64,000 nucleotides of DNA. It comes from a virus. The stretch spans positions 2,352 through 66,351 of the IMG/VR virus record IMGVR_UViG_3300037493_003396; one strand, written 5' to 3'. How positions within the stretch are numbered: position 1 is the stretch's first letter; every line of letters begins with the position of its first letter. Positions 20,005-29,446 of this stretch are shown here, piece after piece. The notes under the pieces are model-generated. The model saw only the letters and a list, made by a program, of their open reading frames with translations, was not told the origin of the DNA and ran no database searches. A program made the translations under genes and the position numbers.

Positions 20005-20161
20005 GAATCTGGAGCTTATAGCAAAATTACAGGATGAGATACAAGAACTAAAAGACCAAGCAGTCGTTCTTAATCTGCGAATCGACAATCTGCTTATTTA
20101 CTCAAAGATGGTAAAAGAAGAAAGTTTTGAAAAAGGCAGATGTAAAAAGGATAAGAAATGA
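19997..20161 (+). CDS. small coiled-coil protein (54 aa)
   Basis: Hand-translated GTG start, fills gap and overlaps endolysin ATGA. Confidence 0.45.
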   Translation: MDENLELIAKLQDEIQELKDQAVVLNLRIDNLLIYSKMVKEESFEKGRCKKDKK

Positions 20162-20520
20162 GTCGTAAAATTATCGATCTTACTCCAGAAATGCAAGTAT
20201 TGTATAACAAATTCCAAGATAGGATGGCTCAGGAAGGAGTTGATTTTATCGTAACAGCCACTTACCGACCTCAAGCAGAACAGAATGCTCTCTACAATCA
20301 AGGGAGAACTGAACCGGGTAATATCGTAACATGGACACGGAACTCCAGACATACCGAAAGAATAGCTTTTGACATAGCGATTTTGAAGAATGGAAAGATA
20401 ACATGGAATCCGGCTGATTATTTTATTGTCGGAAAGATAGCGGAAGAAGTTGGATTAGAATGGGGAGGTTCGTGGCTAAGCCATAGGGATATGCCACATC
20501 TTGAACTAAGGAGGAAGTGA
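20158..20520 (+). CDS. endolysin, M15 family peptidase
   Basis: YRPQAEQNALYNQGRT, SRH..AFD, WGG.W...DMPHLE. Confidence 0.92.
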   Translation: MSRKIIDLTPEMQVLYNKFQDRMAQEGVDFIVTATYRPQAEQNALYNQGRTEPGNIVTWTRNSRHTERIAFDIAILKNGKITWNPADYFIVGKIAEEVGLEWGGSWLSHRDMPHLELRRK

Positions 20521-20897
20521 TGAAGTTTTTATTTCCCGTAGCGGTGAGTTTAGTTTTTATTTTAATGGTTATGATAGTAGGATGTACTCTTTTACGTTTC
20601 CTGCCGGCAGAACAAATCGCTTTGCAAAGTATGGCAAGGAAGGCAGGATTTATCTTTGGCAAGCAGCATCCGGAGATGATACCGCAAGCAAGATTAATTG
20701 CTTTAGGAATTGAGGCGAGCGAGGATGAGGACGTAAAAAAGAACTTTAATCTTGCTGTTGAGGCGCTTTTAAAGCACTTCCCGAATACAATCTTAAAGCG
20801 GCAGATTGATGTAGTTCTAATCGAAATAGCCAAGACAAATGCGGACCTGATTCCGATTGTCGAGGCATTTATTGAAGGGATGGAGAAATCATTATGA
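20517..20897 (+). CDS. putative lipoprotein in lysis module
   Basis: Signal peptide with IVGC lipobox-like motif. Confidence 0.55.
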   Translation: MMKFLFPVAVSLVFILMVMIVGCTLLRFLPAEQIALQSMARKAGFIFGKQHPEMIPQARLIALGIEASEDEDVKKNFNLAVEALLKHFPNTILKRQIDVVLIEIAKTNADLIPIVEAFIEGMEKSL

Positions 20898-21310
20898 AAG
20901 GTGATCATATTGAGTATCAAAGTGGGTATAAATACCAAGTTCGTAAGAAGTATATAGTCCAAGTTGGTATCTTTCCGGATAAGGATATCATTACTCCGTT
21001 CTTAAAGCTTCGTACGAATGGTAATCTTGAGATTGAATTAGGATATGCCTGGGATGGTGCGAGTGGGCCTACTTGGGATGATAAGACTAATATGAGGGGC
21101 TCTTTAGTTCATGATGCTCTTTATCAACTCATGCGTGAAGGCGTATTGCCTCTTACATATCGAGCCAAGGCTGATGATCTCTTAAGCGAGATAATGATTG
21201 AAGACGGTGCGTGGAAGATAAGAGCCAGCTATTACCACCTTGCAGTAGATAGAGTAGGGCTTACTGGAGCTACATGCGAAGGTGAAAGAAAGATAAATAT
21301 AGCCCCTTAA
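20894..21310 (+). CDS. DUF1353-like protein
   Basis: GYAWDGASGP, SLVHDALYQ, RAKADDLL motifs. Confidence 0.8.
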   Translation: MKGDHIEYQSGYKYQVRKKYIVQVGIFPDKDIITPFLKLRTNGNLEIELGYAWDGASGPTWDDKTNMRGSLVHDALYQLMREGVLPLTYRAKADDLLSEIMIEDGAWKIRASYYHLAVDRVGLTGATCEGERKINIAP

Positions 21311-21446
21311 TGGGTTTTATGCTAATAAAGTAATCTGAAGTGCCTTGGAGGCTAGGAAGATATTCCGAAGACGGACCCCTCCCGTCGCGCCTCCGAGGCC
21401 ACCAACTAATCAGAGGGAATCCTTCGGGGGAAAGGCAAGGTAAACA

Positions 21447-24404
21447 ATGTTTAAAGAGATCAAAGTAAAAGCAAGTTTTAACGAAAGAACGGGGTACGGA
21501 ATCCACGCGAGTCGGTTTTTTCCGGAACTGCAGAAGCTCGTTCCATCAGATGGAACCGGCACCGTTCATATTGCGTTACTTGATACAGTCAGCGCCTCAC
21601 AGGCGACAGAATTTGCTCCAAGTCCGTCAATCCTTTATAACGTATGGGAAAGTGACGAGCAACCACAAGATTTCATCGACAAATTAAAACATTATGATCA
21701 GCTATGGGTTCCGAGTGAATGGCAGAGGGCGGCTTCTATTGCCCAGGGAGTTCCGGAGGAATTTGTAAAAGTAGTTCCGGAAGGGGTTGACCCAGAGATC
21801 TATAAGCCAGTTAAAGAGGGAGAGCATAAAAGCTTTACTCACTACCCATTTACTTTTCTTGTTTGTGGTCAGTGGCAGCACCGCAAATCAACACTTGAAA
21901 TAATCCAAGCCTTTTTAAAGGCGTTTCCCGCAGAAACTTTCAGCAGATTTGACCAGGCGGAGAAAATTGTATTATATCAAGATGTACGTCTTGAGCTTTC
22001 AGTTGATACTTTATTCCCATCAGACCCTTATAAATCTACCGAGGAGAGGTTAAAAGCCTATGGCATCGATGACCCAAGAATCAGCGTTATACACTTTGAA
22101 GAGAGAGCAGACTATATCCGGAGGCTTCAATCAGCCCACTGCTTTGTGTCCTGTTCCCGTTCAGAAGGTTGGGGGTTGCCTATCGGGGAGGCAATCGCTG
22201 TCGGGTTACCTACAATCGTGGCAGATTGGGGTGGAAGTACAGAGTACGCTGGCAATGCTATTAATGTCAGGATCAAGGAATTAAGAAAACCGGAAGGGAT
22301 TTATGGTGGTTGGAATGTCCCTGGGCATTGGGCAGAACCGGATTATGATCATCTTGTTGAACAGATGAAACTTGTTTACAACACTTACCCGATTCACAAA
22401 ACATTAGCTTTAGAAAACGCAGAGGTAATGCGAACGGAGTTTTCATGGAAAGCCGCTGCCGAGAAAGCCTATAAAATACTGGAAGAATTAGCGGATAAAG
22501 TTCCTCTACCTATTGAAGAAAAAATGGTTATCAGGGGAGATAGTTTCGAGAAAGACATGAGAACTCTTGCGGCTAAGAACGGAATGGAAATAACCGGCAT
22601 TAAAAAGAGAAAGGCTATTTTCAGTATCGACTGCCATCCTTGCTCTCAGGAAAGAATCGATGTTTTAATCGAAACCATTAATCAGGTACGACCCTTTGGT
22701 TATCCGATACTTGTTGTAGCTCATCTACCCCTCCCAGAAGACGTTATTAAGTTATGTGACTACTACATCTACGATAAGAACGACATCATGTCAGGGGACG
22801 ACCTGCCGACTTATTCACGCACAAAACCGGATGGGACGGTGGAATACACGAAAGCCAGCAAACCCTGTCACGCACTCGCGGGTTTGTTGAACTGGCGGAA
22901 TGCCATTAATTTCTGCCGCGGTCGGTGGGATTGGATTTACCAGATGAACTCCGATGTTGAAATAGACATCAATGAGTGGATGGAGAAAGTCTATGCTTCC
23001 GACAAAGATATAATTGCTGTCCGGTGGGAAGGAGCCAAAGATACCTTTGGTGGGCAGATATGCGCCTCTAGGGTAGAAGCGATTGATAAAATATTCTTCC
23101 CTGTAGAAACATGGGAACAATTTGCGGCGACAATGAAAGAACACCGGTTCTGTTCTGAAAGAGGTTATTATAGAATAGCCGAACAGATGGGGCTGGAAAA
23201 TATAGAGTTTATTGACATTGAAATGGGGAATCTGTTTGATCAGGTTGACCGAGAAGCGTGGGGCGAAGATACTTTCCAGTATCATTTTGTTGAAGGTCCG
23301 TTTGTCCAAATTAACGGAATGTCAAAGAACGAGTACGATGTTGAATTTTCCTCAGAAAAACACACTTACAAGACCAAGTTAAAGGCGAATATGTGGTGCC
23401 GTCCGGAAGTAAAATACTATCAGGATTGGACATTAACAGTTCACCTAAATGGGGAGTTGAAATTAGAGCATAAATTTAACCCCACTGGTCAGAAAATATT
23501 GATCTCTATGGGGTCAAAAGCTCTGGGCGATACGATTGCTTGGATGCCTTACATTGAGGAATTCAGAAAGAAACACGACTGCCATGTCGTGTGTTCGGGG
23601 TGGTGGCAAGAAATGTTCGACTATCCCGAGATTGAATTTGTGAAGCCAGGCGCTCTTATTGACGGAGTTTATGCTTCCTACGGAGTTGGTTGTTACGACG
23701 ATCAGTTAAATCTGAATGTAACGAACTGGCGTTCTACAAATCTCCAACAGGTCGCGGCTGATATATTGGGGGTAGAATACAAGCCAATACGCGCCAAGTT
23801 AAAAGTCGTTCCTCATAAGAAAAAGAAAAAACCCTATATTTGTTTCTCCGAGCATTCGACCATGAGAAACAAACTCTGGAATCGTGAAGGAGCATGGCAG
23901 AAGGTTATTGATCATGTCAAGTCATTAGGAATGGACGCTATATCTATCAGCAACGAAAAGTCCGCAGTTAAAGGAGTTCTTGACCACGCCAACCAATCAA
24001 TCCAAAGAAGTATTACGGACATTGATGGATGCGAGTTTTATGTCGGGTTGAATGCCGGACCTTCTTGGATAGCCTACGCTCTTGGCAAACCAGTCATAAT
24101 GTTGACCGGAGTCTCAGAGGAGTGGAACGATTTCCCAAATCCTTACAGAATAGCGATAAACAATGAAGTTTGCGGAATAGGTTGTTTTAATGACCCGACA
24201 CTTCCTATAAGTAGAGACTGGTTATGGTGTCCCCGAGACAAAGACTATATTTGCACGGGTAACATAACCGAGCAAATGGTCATGGACATGATAGATCAGG
24301 TTATGGCAGACGTTGGTGTGCCTCACCATGACAGAAAGCACATAGCCATCGGACAGCCAAAGGTTGAGAGTAATCATCATGATGCGCCTGAAGTGGTGTG
24401 CTAG
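21447..24404 (+). CDS. multi-domain glycosyltransferase: GT4 + central domain + TibC/Aah-like protein O-glycosyltransferase
   Basis: GT4: SRSEGWGLPIGEAIAVGLPTI; C-term: ALGDTIAWMPYIEEFRKKHDC, KLWNREGAWQKVI, GPSWIAYALGKPVIM, CGIGC..WCP..C iron-finger-type cysteines. Confidence 0.88.
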   Translation: MFKEIKVKASFNERTGYGIHASRFFPELQKLVPSDGTGTVHIALLDTVSASQATEFAPSPSILYNVWESDEQPQDFIDKLKHYDQLWVPSEWQRAASIAQGVPEEFVKVVPEGVDPEIYKPVKEGEHKSFTHYPFTFLVCGQWQHRKSTLEIIQAFLKAFPAETFSRFDQAEKIVLYQDVRLELSVDTLFPSDPYKSTEERLKAYGIDDPRISVIHFEERADYIRRLQSAHCFVSCSRSEGWGLPIGEAIAVGLPTIVADWGGSTEYAGNAINVRIKELRKPEGIYGGWNVPGHWAEPDYDHLVEQMKLVYNTYPIHKTLALENAEVMRTEFSWKAAAEKAYKILEELADKVPLPIEEKMVIRGDSFEKDMRTLAAKNGMEITGIKKRKAIFSIDCHPCSQERIDVLIETINQVRPFGYPILVVAHLPLPEDVIKLCDYYIYDKNDIMSGDDLPTYSRTKPDGTVEYTKASKPCHALAGLLNWRNAINFCRGRWDWIYQMNSDVEIDINEWMEKVYASDKDIIAVRWEGAKDTFGGQICASRVEAIDKIFFPVETWEQFAATMKEHRFCSERGYYRIAEQMGLENIEFIDIEMGNLFDQVDREAWGEDTFQYHFVEGPFVQINGMSKNEYDVEFSSEKHTYKTKLKANMWCRPEVKYYQDWTLTVHLNGELKLEHKFNPTGQKILISMGSKALGDTIAWMPYIEEFRKKHDCHVVCSGWWQEMFDYPEIEFVKPGALIDGVYASYGVGCYDDQLNLNVTNWRSTNLQQVAADILGVEYKPIRAKLKVVPHKKKKKPYICFSEHSTMRNKLWNREGAWQKVIDHVKSLGMDAISISNEKSAVKGVLDHANQSIQRSITDIDGCEFYVGLNAGPSWIAYALGKPVIMLTGVSEEWNDFPNPYRIAINNEVCGIGCFNDPTLPISRDWLWCPRDKDYICTGNITEQMVMDMIDQVMADVGVPHHDRKHIAIGQPKVESNHHDAPEVVC

Positions 24405-24747
24405 AGGAGCAAGAACTACAATGAGAAGGTTTAATTATTATTTTTTGACGGATAGCAGTACGAACCAATTCTCTGGCTTTGGATGCTTCCGTCCCTCTAT
24501 GTTTTCTTGCAAGGGCAAGCCGGAGTTCTTTAAATTTAAGATAGGACTCTGCGCTCCGTTGACGTTCCTTTTCTCTAAATTCAGAGTCAATTCTTCTTCG
24601 GATAGCGTTTCTTTCGCGGCTGATCTGGTTGTGGTGCTCTCTATTTTTATCTCTCCATTCCGCAGTTTCTTGGATAGCTTGCTCGCGATGTTTGTGGTAA
24701 AATCGTTTACGTCTTTCTTGGGCTTTGATATCGTCCTTGTAAAGCAT
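24301..24747 (-). CDS. HNH-type endonuclease, antisense insertion
   Basis: CSSC..QAHHDDYSQPLAVRWLCAFCHGEAH; GGAGG RBS. Confidence 0.85.
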   Translation of the reverse strand: MLYKDDIKAQERRKRFYHKHREQAIQETAEWRDKNREHHNQISRERNAIRRRIDSEFREKERQRSAESYLKFKELRLALARKHRGTEASKARELVRTAIRQKIIIKPSHCSSCSSSTPLQAHHDDYSQPLAVRWLCAFCHGEAHQRLP

Positions 24748-24771
24748 AAATGTTCCTCCTTTTTTGGTTAT

Positions 24772-24800
24772 ATTATACATGGGTGGGAATGTAATGTCAA
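24772..24800 (-). promoter_or_regulatory. consensus sigma70 promoter for antisense HNH
   Basis: Minus strand TTGACA-17 bp-TATAAT. Confidence 0.85.
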
Positions 24801-25021
24801 GATTTAAAATGGGAGAAAAAGATGGCGGAGAAAAAACATTTAACACAAGTCCATTAAGTGACCCGAGGGCGGAGGATTCAAACTATCTTCCGTTTGATAT
24901 TCCGATTGGGAAAGCAAAAGATTACCCTGATACTCCGGAAGGTCGAAAGAAGATGTTTAATGTTTTAAAAATGATACGAAAAGACAATAATCCCAATAAT
25001 GGTTTTGGGATTGGAGGATAG
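24794..25021 (+). CDS. hypothetical protein
   Basis: ORF track; start uncertain. Confidence 0.55.
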   Translation: MSRFKMGEKDGGEKTFNTSPLSDPRAEDSNYLPFDIPIGKAKDYPDTPEGRKKMFNVLKMIRKDNNPNNGFGIGG

Positions 25022-25022
25022 T

Positions 25023-25928
25023 ATGGCAGAGCAGATTTACAGCTTGGCGTATTTTACCGGAATAAATACTGTTGATGATTCTGTCAGAATGGCTCCGGTT
25101 CCGGTTGAAGCAGGCGGAATTAAGTCTGCTTATTCCCTAACTTCTGCTGTTAATGTGGACATAGACAATTCTTACGCCTTGAAGAGCCGAGCCGGATGCA
25201 CAAAGAAAATATCAGGAACGAATATTCATAGTTTGTGGAGCCGGAAAGAATATGGGTTTTATCTTGACGGAAGTAGTCTTTACCTCCTCAACCCAGACTA
25301 CACAACGTCATTACTATTGTCATCGCTCAGTTTAGATCGAATGTCTTATGTTGCTGTTAATGATAGGGTTTACATGACCAATGGAACGTACATAGGTTAT
25401 TATGATGGGACGATGCACAGCCTATCAGTTCCTACGCAAACGTACAAAAGACCGTTACCGGCGGGGCAGTTGATCGCCTACATAAAAGGAACTTTGATGG
25501 TTGCCTCTGGGAAAGTTGTTTATCTCTCAGATGCGTTATGCGATCATTATGACGAAAGAAGTGGGTTCAGAGTTTTCGAAAATAATGTTTTAATGTTACG
25601 ACCGGTGGATGACGGGGTTTATGTTTCCGATGGCTCAACTTGGTATTTAGTTGAAAGAAGCGATGACCCTGCTGAGTATAAAAAAGAATACATAAATAGT
25701 ATCGGGGTAGTCCCCTTTTCGGACGTTGTTGTAGACGGCGCTTACGTTGGGAAGGGTGTTGAGGGGAAAGTCGCTCTATGGGCAACCGATGAAGGGATTT
25801 GCATGGGGGATAACAAAGGCGGAGTGAAACTATTAACTCCGAATTATTTGATGAAACAACTCGGCAGAGGTGCCGCAATGATCAGAAATCTAAACGGGCA
25901 AGTTCATTATATTGCGACTATGAGGTGA
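25023..25928 (+). CDS. tail/nozzle-type virion protein (beta-propeller-like)
   Basis: FTGINTV, AVNVDIDN, beta-rich; podovirus tail position. Confidence 0.65.
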   Translation: MAEQIYSLAYFTGINTVDDSVRMAPVPVEAGGIKSAYSLTSAVNVDIDNSYALKSRAGCTKKISGTNIHSLWSRKEYGFYLDGSSLYLLNPDYTTSLLLSSLSLDRMSYVAVNDRVYMTNGTYIGYYDGTMHSLSVPTQTYKRPLPAGQLIAYIKGTLMVASGKVVYLSDALCDHYDERSGFRVFENNVLMLRPVDDGVYVSDGSTWYLVERSDDPAEYKKEYINSIGVVPFSDVVVDGAYVGKGVEGKVALWATDEGICMGDNKGGVKLLTPNYLMKQLGRGAAMIRNLNGQVHYIATMR

Positions 25929-25931
25929 TTT

Positions 25932-26252
25932 ATGGCAGAAGGAATTGGAGGGTATGACCCTAAAACGGGTAAAATCAAATCAGCTTTCGACTTTGACAAA
26001 ATAGAGGCGGAGGCGAAGGCTTCTGTTAAGCCCCGAGTCAAGAAATGGTGGGAGCCCCCAGTTGATGCAGTCTATGGAAAGATTCAGGAAGCAAAAGCGG
26101 GAATTGGTGATATGACAGATAGGGCGGGGAAATTATGGTCGGAAGCAACGGCAGAAACTCCAAGGGAAGAACCTTCTCCGACTATTAACATAGACGAAAA
26201 GAAACAGTTAAAAGAGTTTGAAGATGAAGAAAAGAAGAAAAACAACAAATAG
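25932..26252 (+). CDS. hypothetical protein
   Basis: GAGGTG RBS, ORF track. Confidence 0.65.
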   Translation: MAEGIGGYDPKTGKIKSAFDFDKIEAEAKASVKPRVKKWWEPPVDAVYGKIQEAKAGIGDMTDRAGKLWSEATAETPREEPSPTINIDEKKQLKEFEDEEKKKNNK

Positions 26253-26264
26253 GAGGAAAGTATT

Positions 26265-26711
26265 ATGTGTGCATTGCGTTTATCAACAGGCTTAAGATCG
26301 GGAATAGCGGGAACATTGGGACTTCAAACAATGCTCCAGGGCGGACACATTGACATTTATTCAGGCGGTCAACCGGCTTCCGCAGATTACGCAGAGACAG
26401 GGGTAAAATTAGTAAGAATCACTGTCGCAAGTGGTGATGTGGCTACAGCGGGATTGGCTTTTACCGCCGCAACTTTAGGCATACTGGGGAAGAGTGGGAC
26501 GACATGGTCGGGTATCGCTTCCGTAGCAGGCGTGGCGGGTTATTTCCGGTTTTATTGCACAGCGGGTACTTCCGGTTCGTCGGCTACCGACAGGAGAGTT
26601 GACGGAAATGTAGGAGTTAGCGGATCTGACCTTGTCTTGGCGAATACTTCTCTGGTCGCGGGTGCAACTTTGACGGTTGATACATTTGCTCTGACAGTAC
26701 CTAGCGCATAA
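26265..26711 (+). CDS. virion structural protein
   Basis: LRLSTGLR, IDIYSGGQPASAD, GVAGYFRF, DGNVG motifs. Confidence 0.75.
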   Translation: MCALRLSTGLRSGIAGTLGLQTMLQGGHIDIYSGGQPASADYAETGVKLVRITVASGDVATAGLAFTAATLGILGKSGTTWSGIASVAGVAGYFRFYCTAGTSGSSATDRRVDGNVGVSGSDLVLANTSLVAGATLTVDTFALTVPSA

Positions 26712-26720
26712 GGAGGGCTT

Positions 26721-27161
26721 ATGGCTTATCGAATTAATGGTCCTTTGCGGTCATTGATGGTTGACGTCGTGACGGCTAGACTTTCAGGAACAAACGGTAC
26801 TGCCGGAACTCAGGGGATGTTGCGCATTTACAGCGGTGCAGCTCCGGCTACAGCTGACGAAGCCCCGGGTGCTAATAATGTTCTTCTTGTTTCAATCGCG
26901 AGTAATGCGGCGGGAACTGGAATCAACTGGTCGTCTGGTACCAATGGAACCGCAGTAGCAAGCAGGGCTCAGTATCTTGGGACGGCGGCGACTTCGGGCA
27001 TTGCCCAATGGGGCAGATTATCAGGAACAGACGGGACTGGATACGTCGTTCAGGGAGATGTTGGCACTTCGGCAACGTCGGCATTTATTATTAATTCAGT
27101 TACTATTGCCGCATTGTCTGTTGTTTCAATGAACTCAATGACGATGATTCAAGATGGGTAA
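26721..27161 (+). CDS. virion structural protein, paralog of preceding gene
   Basis: LRIYSGAAPATAD, GIAQWGRL, QGDVG align with 26265 ORF. Confidence 0.75.
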   Translation: MAYRINGPLRSLMVDVVTARLSGTNGTAGTQGMLRIYSGAAPATADEAPGANNVLLVSIASNAAGTGINWSSGTNGTAVASRAQYLGTAATSGIAQWGRLSGTDGTGYVVQGDVGTSATSAFIINSVTIAALSVVSMNSMTMIQDG

Positions 27162-27173
27162 ACAGGAGGAGTA

Positions 27174-28130
27174 ATGGCAAATTCTGTTGCTGGTTTAGTT
27201 TATATTCCCACTGTAATAACTGTATCTGAGATAGTAAACGCTCAGACCTCAACTCTAGAATGTACTCTTGCGCCCATGCTTATAACGGCGGAAGGAGGAG
27301 GAGAGGCATCATTATCTCTTCCCCTATTGACTATTGAGAGCACAGGGAAAGCTGATTATATCGCTTCTCTAAGTAGGTCGCTTCCGGCAATCACGGTGTC
27401 TGGTCGAATTCTCTCTGAAGGAAGAGCCGAGATAAGTGTCTCACTCCCGTTGCTCACGATATCAAGTACTGGCAAACAAAGCGGGATTTCTAGCCTTTCA
27501 CAATCTATTCCATCGCTGAAACTTACTTCATCGGCTATAAATGGGTATCTCGCAAGGTTATCAGAGGAATTAGGCGCTTTAACGATATCCAGTTCCTCTT
27601 ATTGGCTGAAGGGTGGGTCTATAAGTGAAAGTCTACCCGCGATAAGACTTTTATCGGCAGGCGGATTAAGCGCTACGATTGTGGCAATCGTTATGAATAC
27701 AAAGAATCTAGCACTAACCGAATACGAAAGTTTCTCATATAATAGTCTTTGTTTCCTTGATGATACCCCTATCGGTGCAAAAGCAGACGGCATATACGAA
27801 CTGACAGGAACCTCCGACAATGGTGTGAATATTGCGTGGAAATTCAAAACCGGCAAACTCGACATCGATAAAGAAAGAACCAAACGAGTAAGGGATGTGT
27901 GGATTTCTTATAAGCCATCGGGAGAACTTATACTGACTGTGGATGATGGGGAAAACGAATACGAATACGATGTTGAGTCATATAAACAGATTGATAACGC
28001 AGTAAGGGTAAAGCTGGGGAAGGGATTTTCAAACCGATTCCTCCAACTTGAACTGGAAAACGTAAGCGGAGAAACATTTAATTTAGATCACATTAGACTT
28101 TTTGCGGAACAAACAGGTAAAAACAGATGA
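27174..28130 (+). CDS. virion/tail protein
   Basis: Repeated SLPxLTIS units; VMNTKNLALTEY..DGIYELTG..D C-terminal domain. Confidence 0.7.
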   Translation: MANSVAGLVYIPTVITVSEIVNAQTSTLECTLAPMLITAEGGGEASLSLPLLTIESTGKADYIASLSRSLPAITVSGRILSEGRAEISVSLPLLTISSTGKQSGISSLSQSIPSLKLTSSAINGYLARLSEELGALTISSSSYWLKGGSISESLPAIRLLSAGGLSATIVAIVMNTKNLALTEYESFSYNSLCFLDDTPIGAKADGIYELTGTSDNGVNIAWKFKTGKLDIDKERTKRVRDVWISYKPSGELILTVDDGENEYEYDVESYKQIDNAVRVKLGKGFSNRFLQLELENVSGETFNLDHIRLFAEQTGKNR

Positions 28131-28960
28131 ACTTTTCTGACAGGCAGAGATCGTTGATGAGCGGAGTTTTACCTAGCAGAACTAATGGAGTTTCTTTCTA
28201 TTTGTCCCAAATCAATGAAAATAGTAATGTTGATCAGAATGAGTTTATGTCCGGAGATATAAGAGTTAAAAATATAGATTTAATCGAACAAGTTTTTAAA
28301 TACACAAAAGATGGACGTTTAATGCAAGATGGTGTTCATTATCCAGGGGAAGAAGATTACGACCATCCAGGGGGAAACGCCGGGACAGCTGGGGGTGACA
28401 CCGGAGGGGGAGGTGGGGGAACCCAGCCTTCTTGTAATCCTGAGACAAGGATTGAGTTCACAACGGAATTTATGGGTGTTGGTGAAGTACAACCTCTGTC
28501 TGTGCATAATGCTGTATCAGGGGTTACCTACCAATGGGAAGTCTCGGGAGGTGGGACGCTTGTGGGAACGGGTATAAGTGTTCTTTATGTTGCTCCGGAT
28601 TCAAACCCTGACTGTATTCTTGAACCAAGAATTAAATTATCTTGTAATGGTACGGTTTATGATGTGTTGGGGATTACTATTAATGCTATAAACCCTCCCG
28701 TAGCCGCTGGTTATGTATGTGTAGACTTAGGTCCAGGCGCCTATGGATACACATGGAGCCAAGTTACAACGGTGTATTGTAGTAGTTATAGGACAGTTGG
28801 GAATCCAATACTGATCCCCACCGGGTGTGTGGGTTCCGGTATATGTTCGGGATCGCAGGAAACAGGAACACCGTTCTGTTGTGATCATACTGGGAAATGG
28901 CTTTATGGTACAACAATAACTATGAAAGAGGCGGGATGTTGTCCTGTGCTGGGTTGCTAA
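28127..28960 (+). CDS. Cys-rich virion-associated protein with Ig-like segment
   Basis: YQWEVSGGG..LYVAP, many cysteines. Confidence 0.6.
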   Translation: MNFSDRQRSLMSGVLPSRTNGVSFYLSQINENSNVDQNEFMSGDIRVKNIDLIEQVFKYTKDGRLMQDGVHYPGEEDYDHPGGNAGTAGGDTGGGGGGTQPSCNPETRIEFTTEFMGVGEVQPLSVHNAVSGVTYQWEVSGGGTLVGTGISVLYVAPDSNPDCILEPRIKLSCNGTVYDVLGITINAINPPVAAGYVCVDLGPGAYGYTWSQVTTVYCSSYRTVGNPILIPTGCVGSGICSGSQETGTPFCCDHTGKWLYGTTITMKEAGCCPVLGC

Positions 28961-29307
28961 TGAATAGACAGAATATTATAAGTAAAGCAATGACTCTCTA
29001 TGGGGGAGAAACCGGTAATAATATCGCCGAGGCGTTGGCACTGTATTTGCAAAACAATGCCACAGCGGAAGAACAGATACCTTTAACAATAACAAATGCA
29101 CCCGAAATGACCGCGCTTGTGGTTGAGTTATCTTTTAGTAGACCCATATGTGAAGACTGCGGTGGGGAATTGGGATTACTACGAAACGTAAGGGGTATTG
29201 ATGGAACGATATACACGACAGCCTGGACTTGTAGATGTGGAAGAATAGAATATAGTGAAAAATCTGTAGAAGAATGGACGGAGATACTTCGTGAAAATAG
29301 GGAATAA
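28960..29307 (+). CDS. zinc-ribbon protein
   Basis: CEDC..WTCRCG. Confidence 0.6.
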   Translation: MNRQNIISKAMTLYGGETGNNIAEALALYLQNNATAEEQIPLTITNAPEMTALVVELSFSRPICEDCGGELGLLRNVRGIDGTIYTTAWTCRCGRIEYSEKSVEEWTEILRENRE

Positions 29308-29446
29308 AACATACGAACAAAAATCAAATGTTACCGAACATAAATGCCCTTTATGCGATAAGGGATTAAGGTATAAACCTCCTTGTTGCTCGGATAAACA
29401 GGCATGGTTAATTTGTCAATGTGGTTATAAGAGGAAGTATGATTAA
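29291..29446 (+). CDS. small Cys-rich protein (51 aa)
   Basis: Hand-translated: CPLC..PPCC..CQCG. Confidence 0.5.
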   Translation: MKIGNKTYEQKSNVTEHKCPLCDKGLRYKPPCCSDKQAWLICQCGYKRKYD

